A model generated the notes under the pieces. It did not search any database. It had not been told where the DNA came from and worked only from the letters and a program-made list of their open reading frames with translations. DNA of 50,601 bases, taken from assembly GCA_964385505.1 (NCBI GenBank), contig CAYLPI010000004.1, positions 1 through 50,601 on the forward strand, read 5' to 3'. Positions 28,424-37,625 of the stretch are shown piece by piece; position 1 is the first letter of the stretch, and every line of letters starts with the position of its first letter. The DNA comes from an uncultured Bordetella sp. (GTDB taxonomy: Bacteria > Pseudomonadota > Gammaproteobacteria > Burkholderiales > SG8-39). The position numbers and the translations under genes are program-made.

Positions 28424-30810
28424 ACGCCCGCGCCGAACTGCCGCTGCACGCCCCCGGCACCACCACCGACCGCGGCTACATCGGCAAGAGCGAGCCGCGC
28501 GCCAATGCCAAGCGCCTGCTGCAAGGCCGCGGCACGTATGTGGACGACATGCGTTTTCCCCGTCTCGCTCATGCGGTGTTTTTCCGCAGCCCGCATGCGC
28601 ACGCCAAGCTGACGCGCCTCGACCTGTCCAAGGCCGCGACGCAACCCGGCGTCATCGCCGCGTTCGACGGCCGCGCGGTGGCCGAACACTGCACTCCCTG
28701 GGTGGCGGTGTTGGGCCACCTCAAGGGCATCAAGTCGCCGCCGCAGCACGCCATCGCCATCGGGCGCGCCTGCTGGCAGGGCGAGGCCGTTGCGGTGATC
28801 GTGGCCGAAACCCGCGTGCAGGCCGAGGATGCCCTCGCGCTGATCGAAGCCGACTGGGAGGAACTGCCTGTCGTCACCGACATGGAGGCCGCGCTTGCCG
28901 GCAAGGTGCTTATCCACCCCGAGCTTGGCGACAATATCTGCTTTTCGCGCGAACTCGTCACCGCAGGCTTCAACGAAGCCTGGAGCAAGGCTGATGTCGT
29001 CGTCGAGCAGACTTACGAATTTGGCCGCCACACCGGCGTCACCATGGAAGGCCGCTCGATACTGGCTGACTACAACGTGGCGGAACATTCGCTGACGGTC
29101 TATCACTCGACCCAGGCGCCGCACATGATGCAGGATATTTTTTCGCGCCACCTCAATATTCCCGAGTCGAACGTGCGCGTGATCTGCAAGGACGTCGGCG
29201 GCTCGTTCGGCATCAAGGTGCATGTGTACCCCGATGAAATGGCCACCGCCGCGCTGTCGGTAATGCTGCGCCGCCCGGTGAAGTTCGTCGCCGACCGGCT
29301 GGAGAGCTTTCTGACTGACATTCATGCGCGCGAGCACAAGGCCACGGTGCGCCTCGCCTGCACCAAAGAGGGCGAGATCCTCGCCTTCGACCTTGAAGAC
29401 CTCACCGCCATCGGCCCCTACTCGGTCTATCCGCGCACCAGCGGCATCGAGGGCAACCAGGTGGTCAACCTCACCGGCGGTCCCTACCGCCACAAGCAAT
29501 ACCGCGCCAAACTCAACGTGGTGTTCACCAACAAGAACGTCACCTGCCAGTACCGCGCCGTGGGCCACCCCATCGCCGTGGCGCTGACCGAGGCCATTGT
29601 TGACCTGGCAGCGCAAAAAATCGGCATGGACCCGGCCGAGTTCAGGCGCCGCAACATCATTCCCGATGACGCCTATCCCTATACCGCGCCATCGGGCATC
29701 AAGTTCGAAAAGCTGTCGCACCAGCAGACGCTGGAAAAACTGCTCACACTGATGGACTACGACACGCTGCGCGCGGAGCAAGTCGATCTGCGCAGGCAAG
29801 GCATTCATCGCGGCATCGGCCTCGCAGCCATGATTGAAGTGACCAATCCTTCGCCGGCGTTTTACGGTGTCGGCGGTGCGCGTATTTCGGCGCAGGACGG
29901 CGCAACGCTGCGCCTCGACCCGGCCGGGATGGTCTATGTGACCTGCAGCGTGACCGAACAAGGCCAGGGCACCGAAGGCATATTCGGGCAAATCGCCGCG
30001 AGCGTGGTCGGCGTCAGCATGGACAAGGTGCGCGTCGCCACCGGCGACACCGGCACCATGCCCTACGGCGGCGGCACGTGGGCCTCGCGCGGCGCCGGCA
30101 TCGGCGGTGAAGCGGTGTTGCAGGCGGGCAAGGCGCTGCGCTCCAACATCCTTGACGTTGCAGCCGCCATCCTGAATGAAGACAAGGCCAAGCTCGACAT
30201 CGTCAACAACGAAGTCACCGACAAGCTCAGCGGTGCGAGCAAGCTGACGCTGGCCGAATTGGGCCGCGTCGCCTACTTCAGGCCCGATACGCTGCCAATG
30301 AAGTTCCAGTCCGAACTCACGGTCACGCGCCACTATACGCCGCGCGAATACGGCTTTGTCTTCACCAACGGCATCCAGGCTTCGCTGGTGGAAGTCGATA
30401 CCGAGACCGGTTTCGTGAAGCTGCTCAAGCACTGGTGCGTCGAGGACTGCGGCACCGTCATCAACCCGATGCTGGTGGATGAACAAATCCGCGGCGGCGT
30501 GGTGCAAGGCATAGGCGCGGCGCTGTTCGAGCACTGCCTCTACGACGAGCACGGCCAATTGCTCAACGGCAACATGGCCGACTACCTCGTGCCGATGTCA
30601 GGCGAAATGCCCGACATCATCGTCGGTCACGTCGAAACGCCGACCAAGACATCCGAGCTCGGCGCCAAGGGCGCCGGCGAAGCCGGCACCGCCGGCGCAC
30701 CCGGCGCAGTGATGAACGCCATCAACGACGCACTGGCACCGTTCAAGGCCTACGTCAGCAACCAGCCGGCGACACCGGAGCGGATTTTGCGGGCACTGGG
30801 AAAGGTCTGA
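28420..30810 (+). CDS. Mo-hydroxylase large subunit (paralog 3)
   Basis: GGSFGIK, active-site loop QYRAVGHP, GAKGAGEAG. Confidence 0.93.
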   Translation: MNARAELPLHAPGTTTDRGYIGKSEPRANAKRLLQGRGTYVDDMRFPRLAHAVFFRSPHAHAKLTRLDLSKAATQPGVIAAFDGRAVAEHCTPWVAVLGHLKGIKSPPQHAIAIGRACWQGEAVAVIVAETRVQAEDALALIEADWEELPVVTDMEAALAGKVLIHPELGDNICFSRELVTAGFNEAWSKADVVVEQTYEFGRHTGVTMEGRSILADYNVAEHSLTVYHSTQAPHMMQDIFSRHLNIPESNVRVICKDVGGSFGIKVHVYPDEMATAALSVMLRRPVKFVADRLESFLTDIHAREHKATVRLACTKEGEILAFDLEDLTAIGPYSVYPRTSGIEGNQVVNLTGGPYRHKQYRAKLNVVFTNKNVTCQYRAVGHPIAVALTEAIVDLAAQKIGMDPAEFRRRNIIPDDAYPYTAPSGIKFEKLSHQQTLEKLLTLMDYDTLRAEQVDLRRQGIHRGIGLAAMIEVTNPSPAFYGVGGARISAQDGATLRLDPAGMVYVTCSVTEQGQGTEGIFGQIAASVVGVSMDKVRVATGDTGTMPYGGGTWASRGAGIGGEAVLQAGKALRSNILDVAAAILNEDKAKLDIVNNEVTDKLSGASKLTLAELGRVAYFRPDTLPMKFQSELTVTRHYTPREYGFVFTNGIQASLVEVDTETGFVKLLKHWCVEDCGTVINPMLVDEQIRGGVVQGIGAALFEHCLYDEHGQLLNGNMADYLVPMSGEMPDIIVGHVETPTKTSELGAKGAGEAGTAGAPGAVMNAINDALAPFKAYVSNQPATPERILRALGKV

Positions 30811-30825
30811 TTAAGGAGGGGATAT

Positions 30826-30858
30826 GCTGGAAAGCCCCGACTGGCGCGGGTTTCCAGC
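30826..30858. repeat. Imperfect hairpin motif also present (inverted) at 37556-37585
   Basis: gctggaaagccccgactggcgcgggtttccagc; its reverse complement matches 26/30 with ggaaacccgcgccggacgggcgtttccagc. Confidence 0.65.
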
Positions 30859-30943
30859 CATCGGCACCATCACTAAACTAACCAGGGTGAGCGAAACTTT
30901 TCGACCGAAGGCCAAGCGGTTGACTTTGGGAAAGTCACCCCGT

Positions 30944-31276
30944 TTACCCAACATGTTTAGAGAGCGCGTCTATGGTCTCTCGTGTCTTTGGCGAAAGGCA
31001 TTGCAGTTCATCTCTCGATACAAGGCCGTGCGAAACAATGACGGCAAACTGAAGCACGATGTTTGACCGCCTCGAATCGTTAAATGCCTGCGCAATGTCG
31101 TGGTCACGGCGCTCGATAAATTTGAAGATCTCAATATAGCGCGCATGGTACGAATCATCGTTGTTTGATGCGATGGTTTCGACTTCGTCGATGATACGAG
31201 CACAAAAGCGATCCAAGGCAACGGCTTGCAATTTGCGACATGCTTTCCAATCAGCTTCGGGCAGATCGCGTGGCAT
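30944..31276 (-). CDS. Small hypothetical protein (helical, lower GC)
   Basis: 110 aa EADWKACRKLQAVALDRFCARII...HARY...IAQAFND; protein-like composition. Confidence 0.65.
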   Translation of the reverse strand: MPRDLPEADWKACRKLQAVALDRFCARIIDEVETIASNNDDSYHARYIEIFKFIERRDHDIAQAFNDSRRSNIVLQFAVIVSHGLVSRDELQCLSPKTRETIDALSKHVG

Positions 31277-31347
31277 CGAGTTGGGGCGCCTGCCGTCCGC
31301 AGAGAACAGCGTCCTTTGCTCCTGCTCTCGCCTGCCTGACCGCGCCC

Positions 31348-31668
31348 TTATGCCACGACTTTGGCATAGCTGCCAGGTGCAAGTGTCGCCAGCATCTTCT
31401 CCAGACCAGGAACGAGCGGCAGCAAGGCAGAAAGTTCATTTGAATATGCGTCCAACACGACTATGGATATCGGCGGGGAAGAAAGATTTTGCTGATATGG
31501 GAGATTTTTGTCGACAGTTACGAGGGCGTCAAAATCGGCCGCCGCCAGCCCCATTAGATTGCCATTCCTGAAGCCGCCCCAGCCCATCTTAACGACAGTC
31601 TTTACGACGTGGTTCGGCGAGGTTCGCCGCAGGCGACTTGGAACTGACTCCTCAAGCAACAGGCGCAT
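31348..31668 (-). CDS. DUF5615 PIN-like toxin (possibly attenuated)
   Basis: MRLLLEESVP, HVVKTV..MGW, FDALVTVDKNLPYQQN; overlaps the upstream DUF433 gene. Confidence 0.8.
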   Translation of the reverse strand: MRLLLEESVPSRLRRTSPNHVVKTVVKMGWGGFRNGNLMGLAAADFDALVTVDKNLPYQQNLSSPPISIVVLDAYSNELSALLPLVPGLEKMLATLAPGSYAKVVA

Positions 31669-31870
31669 CGGCGAAGAATCGTTCCCGAGCGGCTGCAATA
31701 ACTGCTGCCGCAGTTACGCGGGGAACAGACGGAAAGTCTTCCAGGATATCTTCGAGAGAGGAGCTGCCCTCCAGGTAGTCGAAAAGATTCTGAACAGGTA
31801 CCCTGGTGCCCGTAAAGCAGAGCGATCCACTCATGATCTCCGGGTTCCGGTTGACCAGTAATTTTTCCAT
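31652..31870 (-). CDS. DUF433 antitoxin
   Basis: NPEIMSGSLCFTGTRVPVQNLFDYLEG..LEDILEDFPSV; GGAGG RBS before ATG 31870. Confidence 0.88.
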   Translation of the reverse strand: MEKLLVNRNPEIMSGSLCFTGTRVPVQNLFDYLEGSSSLEDILEDFPSVPRVTAAAVIAAARERFFADAPVA

Positions 31871-32177
31871 AGCGGCCTCCAATCTCCCGATGATTACTCT
31901 TCTATTCGTGAATCTACACGTCTATCAAAGCATCTGGAATAGCACTGCGGTGACAGACCAATGAGTCCACGGATATCGGGCGGTTTGCGGAGATCGCGCG
32001 GCTGGGGAAGATACAACCCGAATAATTTAATCCGAGCCAGTCCCTTTGACTCATTCAATTCGAACCCGGTCCATCCAGTCAGGTGCGTGGTCACATCGCA
32101 ATAGCTGTAATAGATGGCAATAGCAGGCTTGGCGTGCCTTGACTTTCGTCCCTCGGCCGCTAAGATGAGTTCACACA

Positions 32178-32212
32178 TTGGGCTGCTGTTTCAAAGGTAA
32201 AACAGCAGCGCA
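32178..32212. other. Stem-loop upstream of the Bug-Rieske operon
   Basis: gctgctgttt-caaaggta-aaacagcagc inverted repeat. Confidence 0.5.
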
Positions 32213-32215
32213 ACG

Positions 32216-33283
32216 GTGACGACTTTTCAGGAAGGACTTTCTTTCGTGCAGATATCGAATATTCGCATTCCGTTTTTTTCGTCCATGCGTCCGGCGCGTG
32301 TGCTCGCATTGTTTGCGGCCTGCCTCGGCCTGGCATCCACCGCCGCGCAGGCGCAAAGCAGCTCTGCGGGCGCGGCAGCCTGGCCGAGCAAACCCATTAC
32401 CATCGTCGTGCCCTTTCCGCCCGGCGGCGGACCGGATTTGTTCGCGCGCATCCTCGGCGAAAAACTGCCGCCGCGCCTCGGCCAGCCCGTCATTGTCGAA
32501 AACAAACCCGGCGTCGGCGGTCTTGCCGGCGCCAATGCGGTGGCCAAGTCCGCGCCCGACGGCCAGACTTTTCTGATTGCGCCCAATACCATCGCCATTT
32601 CGCCGCACGTGCTGAGCAAGGGCGCGGGCGGCGGCGTGGACGTGTTGACCGACCTGATGCCGGTAATCACGCCGGCATCGACGCCGATGATCCTGGTGGT
32701 GAGTCCGACGCTGGGTGTCAAGTCGGTCAAGGAGCTGGTGGCCCTGGCGAAGCAAAAGCCGGGCATGCCGTATGCAAGCGCGGGCAACGGTTCGCCCATG
32801 CATATCGCCGGCGAATTGTTCCGCAAAGCCGCCGGTGTGGACATGCAACATGTGCCCTTCAAGGGGGTCGCGCCCTCGGTGGTGGCGGTGCTGGGCGACC
32901 AGGTGCAGGTGCTGTTTGTCGCCATGGGCGGCGGTATTTCCCAGCATCTTCGCTCGGGCAAGCTCATTGTGCTGGCGGTGACCGAAAAAAACCGCACGCC
33001 GCTGCTGCCCAACGTGCCGACCATGGCCGAACTCGGCTTCAAGGGCGTGGAGACCGATGCCTGGTATGGCGTGTTTGCGCCCACCGGTACGCCGGCCGCA
33101 GTGATTACGCGCATGAACCGCGAAATCAACGCCGTGCTGGCCATGCCGGACGTGCGCGAGCGCATGAACCAGGCCGGCATGGATGTGCGCGGCGGCACGG
33201 CCGAGGCCTTTGGTGCCGAAATGCGCGAAGACTTCGCCCGCTATGGCCGCCTCGTGCAGGAGTTCGGCATCAAAGCCGACTGA
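32216..33283 (+). CDS. Bug/TctC substrate-binding protein (true start probably GTG 32246 or ATG 32285)
   Basis: WPSKPITIVVPFPPGGGPD, ENKPGVGG, HVPFKG. Confidence 0.92.
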   Translation: MTTFQEGLSFVQISNIRIPFFSSMRPARVLALFAACLGLASTAAQAQSSSAGAAAWPSKPITIVVPFPPGGGPDLFARILGEKLPPRLGQPVIVENKPGVGGLAGANAVAKSAPDGQTFLIAPNTIAISPHVLSKGAGGGVDVLTDLMPVITPASTPMILVVSPTLGVKSVKELVALAKQKPGMPYASAGNGSPMHIAGELFRKAAGVDMQHVPFKGVAPSVVAVLGDQVQVLFVAMGGGISQHLRSGKLIVLAVTEKNRTPLLPNVPTMAELGFKGVETDAWYGVFAPTGTPAAVITRMNREINAVLAMPDVRERMNQAGMDVRGGTAEAFGAEMREDFARYGRLVQEFGIKAD

Positions 33284-33298
33284 TCATTACGGCCCACC

Positions 33299-34423
33299 AT
33301 GAACGCCCCCGCAACAGTGCCTGAAATCGCCCCCGGCATTCCCGCCGGCCTGCCACTGGGCCTGCGCAATTACTGGTATCCGGTGCTGCAGTCGGAACAA
33401 CTCGGACGCGACCGGCCCACCGGCTTCGGGGTCCTCGGCGAGAGCTTCGCTGCCTGGCGCGATGCCGACGGCAAGCCCTGCGTCGTTACCGATCGCTGTC
33501 CGCATCGCAGCATTCAACTGTCCGTCGGCCGTGTGCTTGACGGCGAATTGCAGTGTGCATTGCACGGCCTGCGCTTTGACGGCAGGGGCAGCTGCACGCT
33601 CATTCCGTGGGAGAAGGAGCGCAACAAGGTGCATGACATGGTCGGCGTGCGCGCCTATCCGGCCGAGGAACTGGGCGGCTACATCTGGGCTTACATCGGC
33701 GACGCCAAGGCCTTTGCGCCGCCGCCGCTTGCGGCCGAAGTGCCCGAGGAACTGGGCAAGCCGGACGAGTTCATTTGTTTTCGCCTGCCGACCTCGGTGT
33801 GGAAGGCCAACTGGCTGATCGCCATCGACGGCAGCGACGGTTTTCATGCGGTGACCCTGCATACCTCTTCGCAATCGCAATCGGATGCGCTGCGCCAGGG
33901 TGACGTCAGGCTGGCCGACCGGCGCGTTGAAATCGTGCGCACCTCGCACGGCATACGCGGCGTGTCGGTCGATCTGACCGGCAAGCCCATCGGCCACGGC
34001 CACTTCACCCGCGACGTCAAAGGCGCGCGCTTTGCGCTGCCCTGCCTTACGACCAACCCCATAACACCGGCGCCGAACGTGCCGTCCTATGCCGCGCGCC
34101 TGTGGCAGATTCCGGTCGATGAAACCCACACCATGATCGTGCGCTTTCTCGCCTTTCGCGCCCGCACCGAAGCCGAACGCACCGCCGCGAAAAAAACCTT
34201 CGAGGAAGTGGCCATCCACCGCCTCGACAAGGTCAATGAAGAAGACGCCTGGGCCGCCGAGGCGCAGGGCGACCTGGTTACCGCGCGCACGACGGAGTTT
34301 TTGCTCGGGCCGGACGAGGACGTGGTCAAGGTGCGGCGCATGATCGCCGCAGCCTTTGTCAGCCAGCTTACGGAAGGCAAGCGCCACGCTGTGCGCCCCG
34401 GCGCGCTCGATTGCCCGGTTTGA
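33299..34423 (+). CDS. Rieske non-heme iron oxygenase alpha subunit
   Basis: LRNYWYPV, CPH...CALH Rieske ligands, DGFHAVTLH mononuclear iron motif, C-terminal EED. Confidence 0.92.
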   Translation: MNAPATVPEIAPGIPAGLPLGLRNYWYPVLQSEQLGRDRPTGFGVLGESFAAWRDADGKPCVVTDRCPHRSIQLSVGRVLDGELQCALHGLRFDGRGSCTLIPWEKERNKVHDMVGVRAYPAEELGGYIWAYIGDAKAFAPPPLAAEVPEELGKPDEFICFRLPTSVWKANWLIAIDGSDGFHAVTLHTSSQSQSDALRQGDVRLADRRVEIVRTSHGIRGVSVDLTGKPIGHGHFTRDVKGARFALPCLTTNPITPAPNVPSYAARLWQIPVDETHTMIVRFLAFRARTEAERTAAKKTFEEVAIHRLDKVNEEDAWAAEAQGDLVTARTTEFLLGPDEDVVKVRRMIAAAFVSQLTEGKRHAVRPGALDCPV

Positions 34424-34440
34424 CTGCCGCAGTGCGGCCA

Positions 34441-35217
34441 TCACATGATGGACGTGCCGCCGTCCACCATCAATGATGCGCCGGTCATGTAAGAGGCTTC
34501 GGTCGAAGCCAGCCACAGTATCGGATACGCCACTTCCTTTTCCTCCGCCCAGCGCTTGAGCAGGGTGTCAGCCTTGGCTTCGGCGCGCATCGCATCCTCG
34601 CTCTGTCCGCGCGCCTCGCCACGGCCGATGGTAAAGGGCGTCAGCGTGCCGCCGGGGCAGACTGCATTGACGCGCACGCCGTGTGCGGCTTCTTCGAAGG
34701 CGAGGGTACGGGTAAGCGAAATGAGCGCCGCCTTGGACGCGTCGTAGGCACCAAAATGCCGGCGCCCGACCACGCCGTAGGTGGAGGCGACATTGACCAC
34801 GCTGGCGCCGGGGTGCTTGCGTAACTCGGGCAACGCGGCCTTGCACAGATTGACCGCACCCAGCACATTGACGGACAACAGCGCGCTCCATTTGGCCGTT
34901 TCGGCATCGGCGACCGGACTGAGGTAGCGAATCGCCGCGTTGTTGACGAGCACATTGAGGCCGCCGAACTCTTCAAGGCATTGCGCCACGGCACGCGCGG
35001 CGTCGCCGGCATCGGTGACATCGGCCGCGCAGCCTGCCACAGCGGCGCCCGCAACGCGCTCGCGAATCGCAATCACCGTGCGCGCAAGCGCAGCTTCGTC
35101 GCGGTCAACGAGCAACACCTTGCCGCCCTGCGCGCAAAACAATTCGCCCGCCGCCGCGCCAATACCGGCGCCGCCGCCGGTGATGAGTGCAATGCGTCCC
35201 GCCATCCTGTCGTTCAT
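34441..35217 (-). CDS. Short-chain dehydrogenase/reductase
   Basis: TGGGAGIG, NNAA, YDASK, VRVNAVCPG, VDGG. Confidence 0.95.
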   Translation of the reverse strand: MNDRMAGRIALITGGGAGIGAAAGELFCAQGGKVLLVDRDEAALARTVIAIRERVAGAAVAGCAADVTDAGDAARAVAQCLEEFGGLNVLVNNAAIRYLSPVADAETAKWSALLSVNVLGAVNLCKAALPELRKHPGASVVNVASTYGVVGRRHFGAYDASKAALISLTRTLAFEEAAHGVRVNAVCPGGTLTPFTIGRGEARGQSEDAMRAEAKADTLLKRWAEEKEVAYPILWLASTEASYMTGASLMVDGGTSIM

Positions 35218-35386
35218 GCGCGCGCCTGTGCCGTTTGGGTATCAGCCTGCATTCTAGCGCCGTGAATTTATTCCCGACGTTCAATACCCCGGGAATAGCG
35301 GAAGGTGAGATGCGATGGGTGCACCTTTCCCGCTACCAAGCCGAGTAATCCAGAGTAATTAAGGGCCAGGCTAACCCTATTGATTC

Positions 35387-36607
35387 CTACGCGGCACGCT
35401 GCGCCCCGTTCAGCTCGATATCGAGCGTCGGCTCGCACGGGCCGTGCAGCAACGCGTGCAGGTAGCAGGTGTTTTGCGCCATCACGAGCAGCTTTTCCAT
35501 CCGCTCGTCGCTCTCCTCGCCATGCAGGAACACGTGCGTGTCGAATGGATGCGCAACGGCCTTGATGGCGCCACCGGCCCCGGCGACCAGTTCGAACGGG
35601 CTGTCTTGCACCATGCGAATCGCACGGATATTCATCTTGTGCACTTCGGTGTAGCGCAAAAGCTGCGTCGTGAGGCAGTACGCGATCCCGGCCGCGGCGA
35701 TCGCCATGCCGCTCGGCGCCTGATCGTGATTTGTACGCTCGTCGCTTTTCAGGCCAAAGCGTGAACCGACCGGAACGCTGAGCCAGGTCTCGGCATCGGT
35801 GGTGCCGCCCGCGATGCTTGCGCTACCTCGAATATCGATGCCGCGTTTGATCGTCGCGCTCGGGTCGACCGACATACCGAACTGCGGCGCACTGGCGGGC
35901 GGTGGCGGCGCATTTGAAATCTTCGAGATCATGTCGGCGAGTTCGTCGCTGCCCGCGAGCGGCTTCGGGATGCCGGTCCAGGTCTTCAACGGATCGGGTG
36001 CGTCCGGGGCGCTAGACGGTGCCGGAGCGCGGAGCATGCGCCGTTTGCCGTTGATGTACAGCGCGAAGGTATTCGCCAGGGATGCACGGCAGATCGCGAT
36101 GATCGGCGACGCGTCGAGGGCCGCGCGTGCGACCGCTTGCACTGCGCCGGGTGGGGCATCGGTCTTCACGCGCAGCTTGATGCGCGGTGCCTCCGCAGAG
36201 CCTTTGCCGTCGCCGCGAAAGAACGAGCCGTTGAATTCGTAAATGCTGACGAGCTCGGTCGTCACGTCGCTGACCGCCAGTTTGTTGACTGCGGCGAGCG
36301 CGATAAACCGATTCAGAAAATCGGCCTGCAGACCGGCGCTGAAAAACCCGAGCGGGAAGGGTGCAAGATCGGAACCCTTTAACGCCGCGCCCTCATCGCA
36401 GACCGAGCGATACGCCGAGCCGGTCGCGCCCTCGGTGACAACCGCTTCTTTTTGATGGCCGCCGAGCGCGCGCAACTCGACGCGGAAAAGATCACGCGAT
36501 GGTTCGAGGCCGATAACACCGGGTCGCTCCTTACCGTGCCGTACTTTGAAGCCCAACGGAAAACCCGAACCCTCGATCGAGTCGGTACGCAGGATAGTTT
36601 CAGCCAT
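35387..36607 (-). CDS. Tandem OsmC/Ohr-like domain protein
   Basis: Two repeats of the DE...D(L/Q)AP-x-P/G motif; C-terminal domain has AYCLTTQ and NTCYLH cysteines. Confidence 0.7.
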   Translation of the reverse strand: MAETILRTDSIEGSGFPLGFKVRHGKERPGVIGLEPSRDLFRVELRALGGHQKEAVVTEGATGSAYRSVCDEGAALKGSDLAPFPLGFFSAGLQADFLNRFIALAAVNKLAVSDVTTELVSIYEFNGSFFRGDGKGSAEAPRIKLRVKTDAPPGAVQAVARAALDASPIIAICRASLANTFALYINGKRRMLRAPAPSSAPDAPDPLKTWTGIPKPLAGSDELADMISKISNAPPPPASAPQFGMSVDPSATIKRGIDIRGSASIAGGTTDAETWLSVPVGSRFGLKSDERTNHDQAPSGMAIAAAGIAYCLTTQLLRYTEVHKMNIRAIRMVQDSPFELVAGAGGAIKAVAHPFDTHVFLHGEESDERMEKLLVMAQNTCYLHALLHGPCEPTLDIELNGAQRAA

Positions 36608-36847
36608 CGTGAGCCTCCAAATTTGCAGTGTCGTGATTAGAGGCGATAAATTTCGAAGTTCTCTTCGCGCAGAGCATTCGATTTCGCCTGTTTTGCCGGA
36701 TCACCCTGAAAACGGGTAAAGGATGCTATCGCCGCCGCCCCTGTGCCGTCAAGCGTGCCTGGCTCCAGTGTGCCTGCCTCCAGGCTCACACCTCGGCGGA
36801 AAAGATTGCGTCTTTCGAATATGTCGAAAATGACATAGCATGCCCTT

Positions 36848-37180
36848 GTGAGCCCAGGAGATAAACCACTCGTCTGGCTGCATGGCGAACTCAAAACCCC
36901 GCCCTTGTCGCGCGAAGCACGAATTGAAACAGGATTCCTGCTCCGAAGGTTACAGCGCGGTGGGTCACCGGGTATGCCTCACTCCTGACCGATGTCCAAT
37001 ATGGGAGTGCGGTGTCAGGAATTGCGGGTGACCGATACGAACGCAACATGGCGTGTGATATTCAGAACTGATGAAGGCGCAATAGTGCTCGTGGAAATCT
37101 TCGCGAAGAAGGCTCAGAACACACCACAGTATGTGATCAAAACTGGTAAGAAGCGCATAAAGGATTACGAAGTTGGATGA
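36848..37180 (+). pseudogene. RelE/ParE (Gp49-like) toxin with internal TGA at 36986-36988
   Basis: GTG start; MSPGDKPLVWLHGELKTPPLSREARIETGFLLRRLQRG..GMPHS*PMSNMGVRCQELRV..WRVIFR..FAKKAQNTP in one frame. Confidence 0.85.
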
Positions 37181-37484
37181 CCGGAAGCGTAAACGTCTGG
37201 AAACAAAAAGATGGCGGGTCGGTTCCGCGAAGGACTTGCTCCAACTCTCCGACGAAGAAGCGTACATTGAATTGCGCTTGAAACTGGCTGAAGGCCTGAA
37301 GGCTCGACGCGCTGACAAGGGCCTCACGCAGATTGCATTCGCCAAGGCCATACAGTCGAGCCAATCGCGAGTGGCCAAAATGGAGGCCGGGGACCCCACC
37401 GTTTCTCTGGATCTACTCGTGAGATCACTCCTCGCTCTCGGCGCATCGAACAGCGAACTGGCAAAAATCATCGCACGGCGCTGA
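37173..37484 (+). CDS. XRE-family HTH antitoxin
   Basis: WRVGSAKDLLQLS, LTQIAFAKAIQSSQSRVAKMEAGDPTVSLDLL; overlaps the toxin 3' end. Confidence 0.9.
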   Translation: MDDRKRKRLETKRWRVGSAKDLLQLSDEEAYIELRLKLAEGLKARRADKGLTQIAFAKAIQSSQSRVAKMEAGDPTVSLDLLVRSLLALGASNSELAKIIARR

Positions 37485-37491
37485 CCGGGAC

Positions 37492-37524
37492 GCCCAACGT
37501 AAAGCTAAGGGGCGCCGCGCTTTT
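37492..37524 (+). mobile_element. Left half of an integron attC-like site (truncated)
   Basis: RYYYAAC inverse core GCCCAAC 7 nt after the antitoxin stop, followed by gtaaagctaaggggcgccgcgctttt; no matching right half. Confidence 0.5.
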
Positions 37525-37625
37525 GTGCCCCCAAAGCTTTTCCCATGTAACACCCGGAAACCCGCGCCGGACGGGCGTTTCCAGCCGATGTCGCCCTGGC
37601 ACCGCGGTGGTGTTGAACTTGATTC

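Noticed and set aside
28345-30558. Long antisense ORFs (737 aa here, 646 aa at 17858, 436 aa at 2530)
   Set aside because: Shadow frames of high-GC genes on the opposite strand.
1588-30810. Aerobic CO dehydrogenase (coxMSL) call for any large subunit
   Set aside because: None has AYxCSFR or AYRGAGR, and no coxDEFG accessory genes are present.
31894-32178. 94-aa ORF in a lower-GC patch
   Set aside because: No recognisable motif or RBS; probably a degraded foreign fragment.
36637-36894. 85-aa minus-strand ORF upstream of the OsmC-like gene
   Set aside because: It overlaps the toxin start and has no supportable family; at most a 3' gene remnant.
36986-36988. In-frame TGA as selenocysteine, given the nearby Se genes
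   Set aside because: The position corresponds to Arg in the HSRPM motif (CGA>TGA), not Cys, and no convincing SECIS-like hairpin was seen; a nonsense mutation is simpler.
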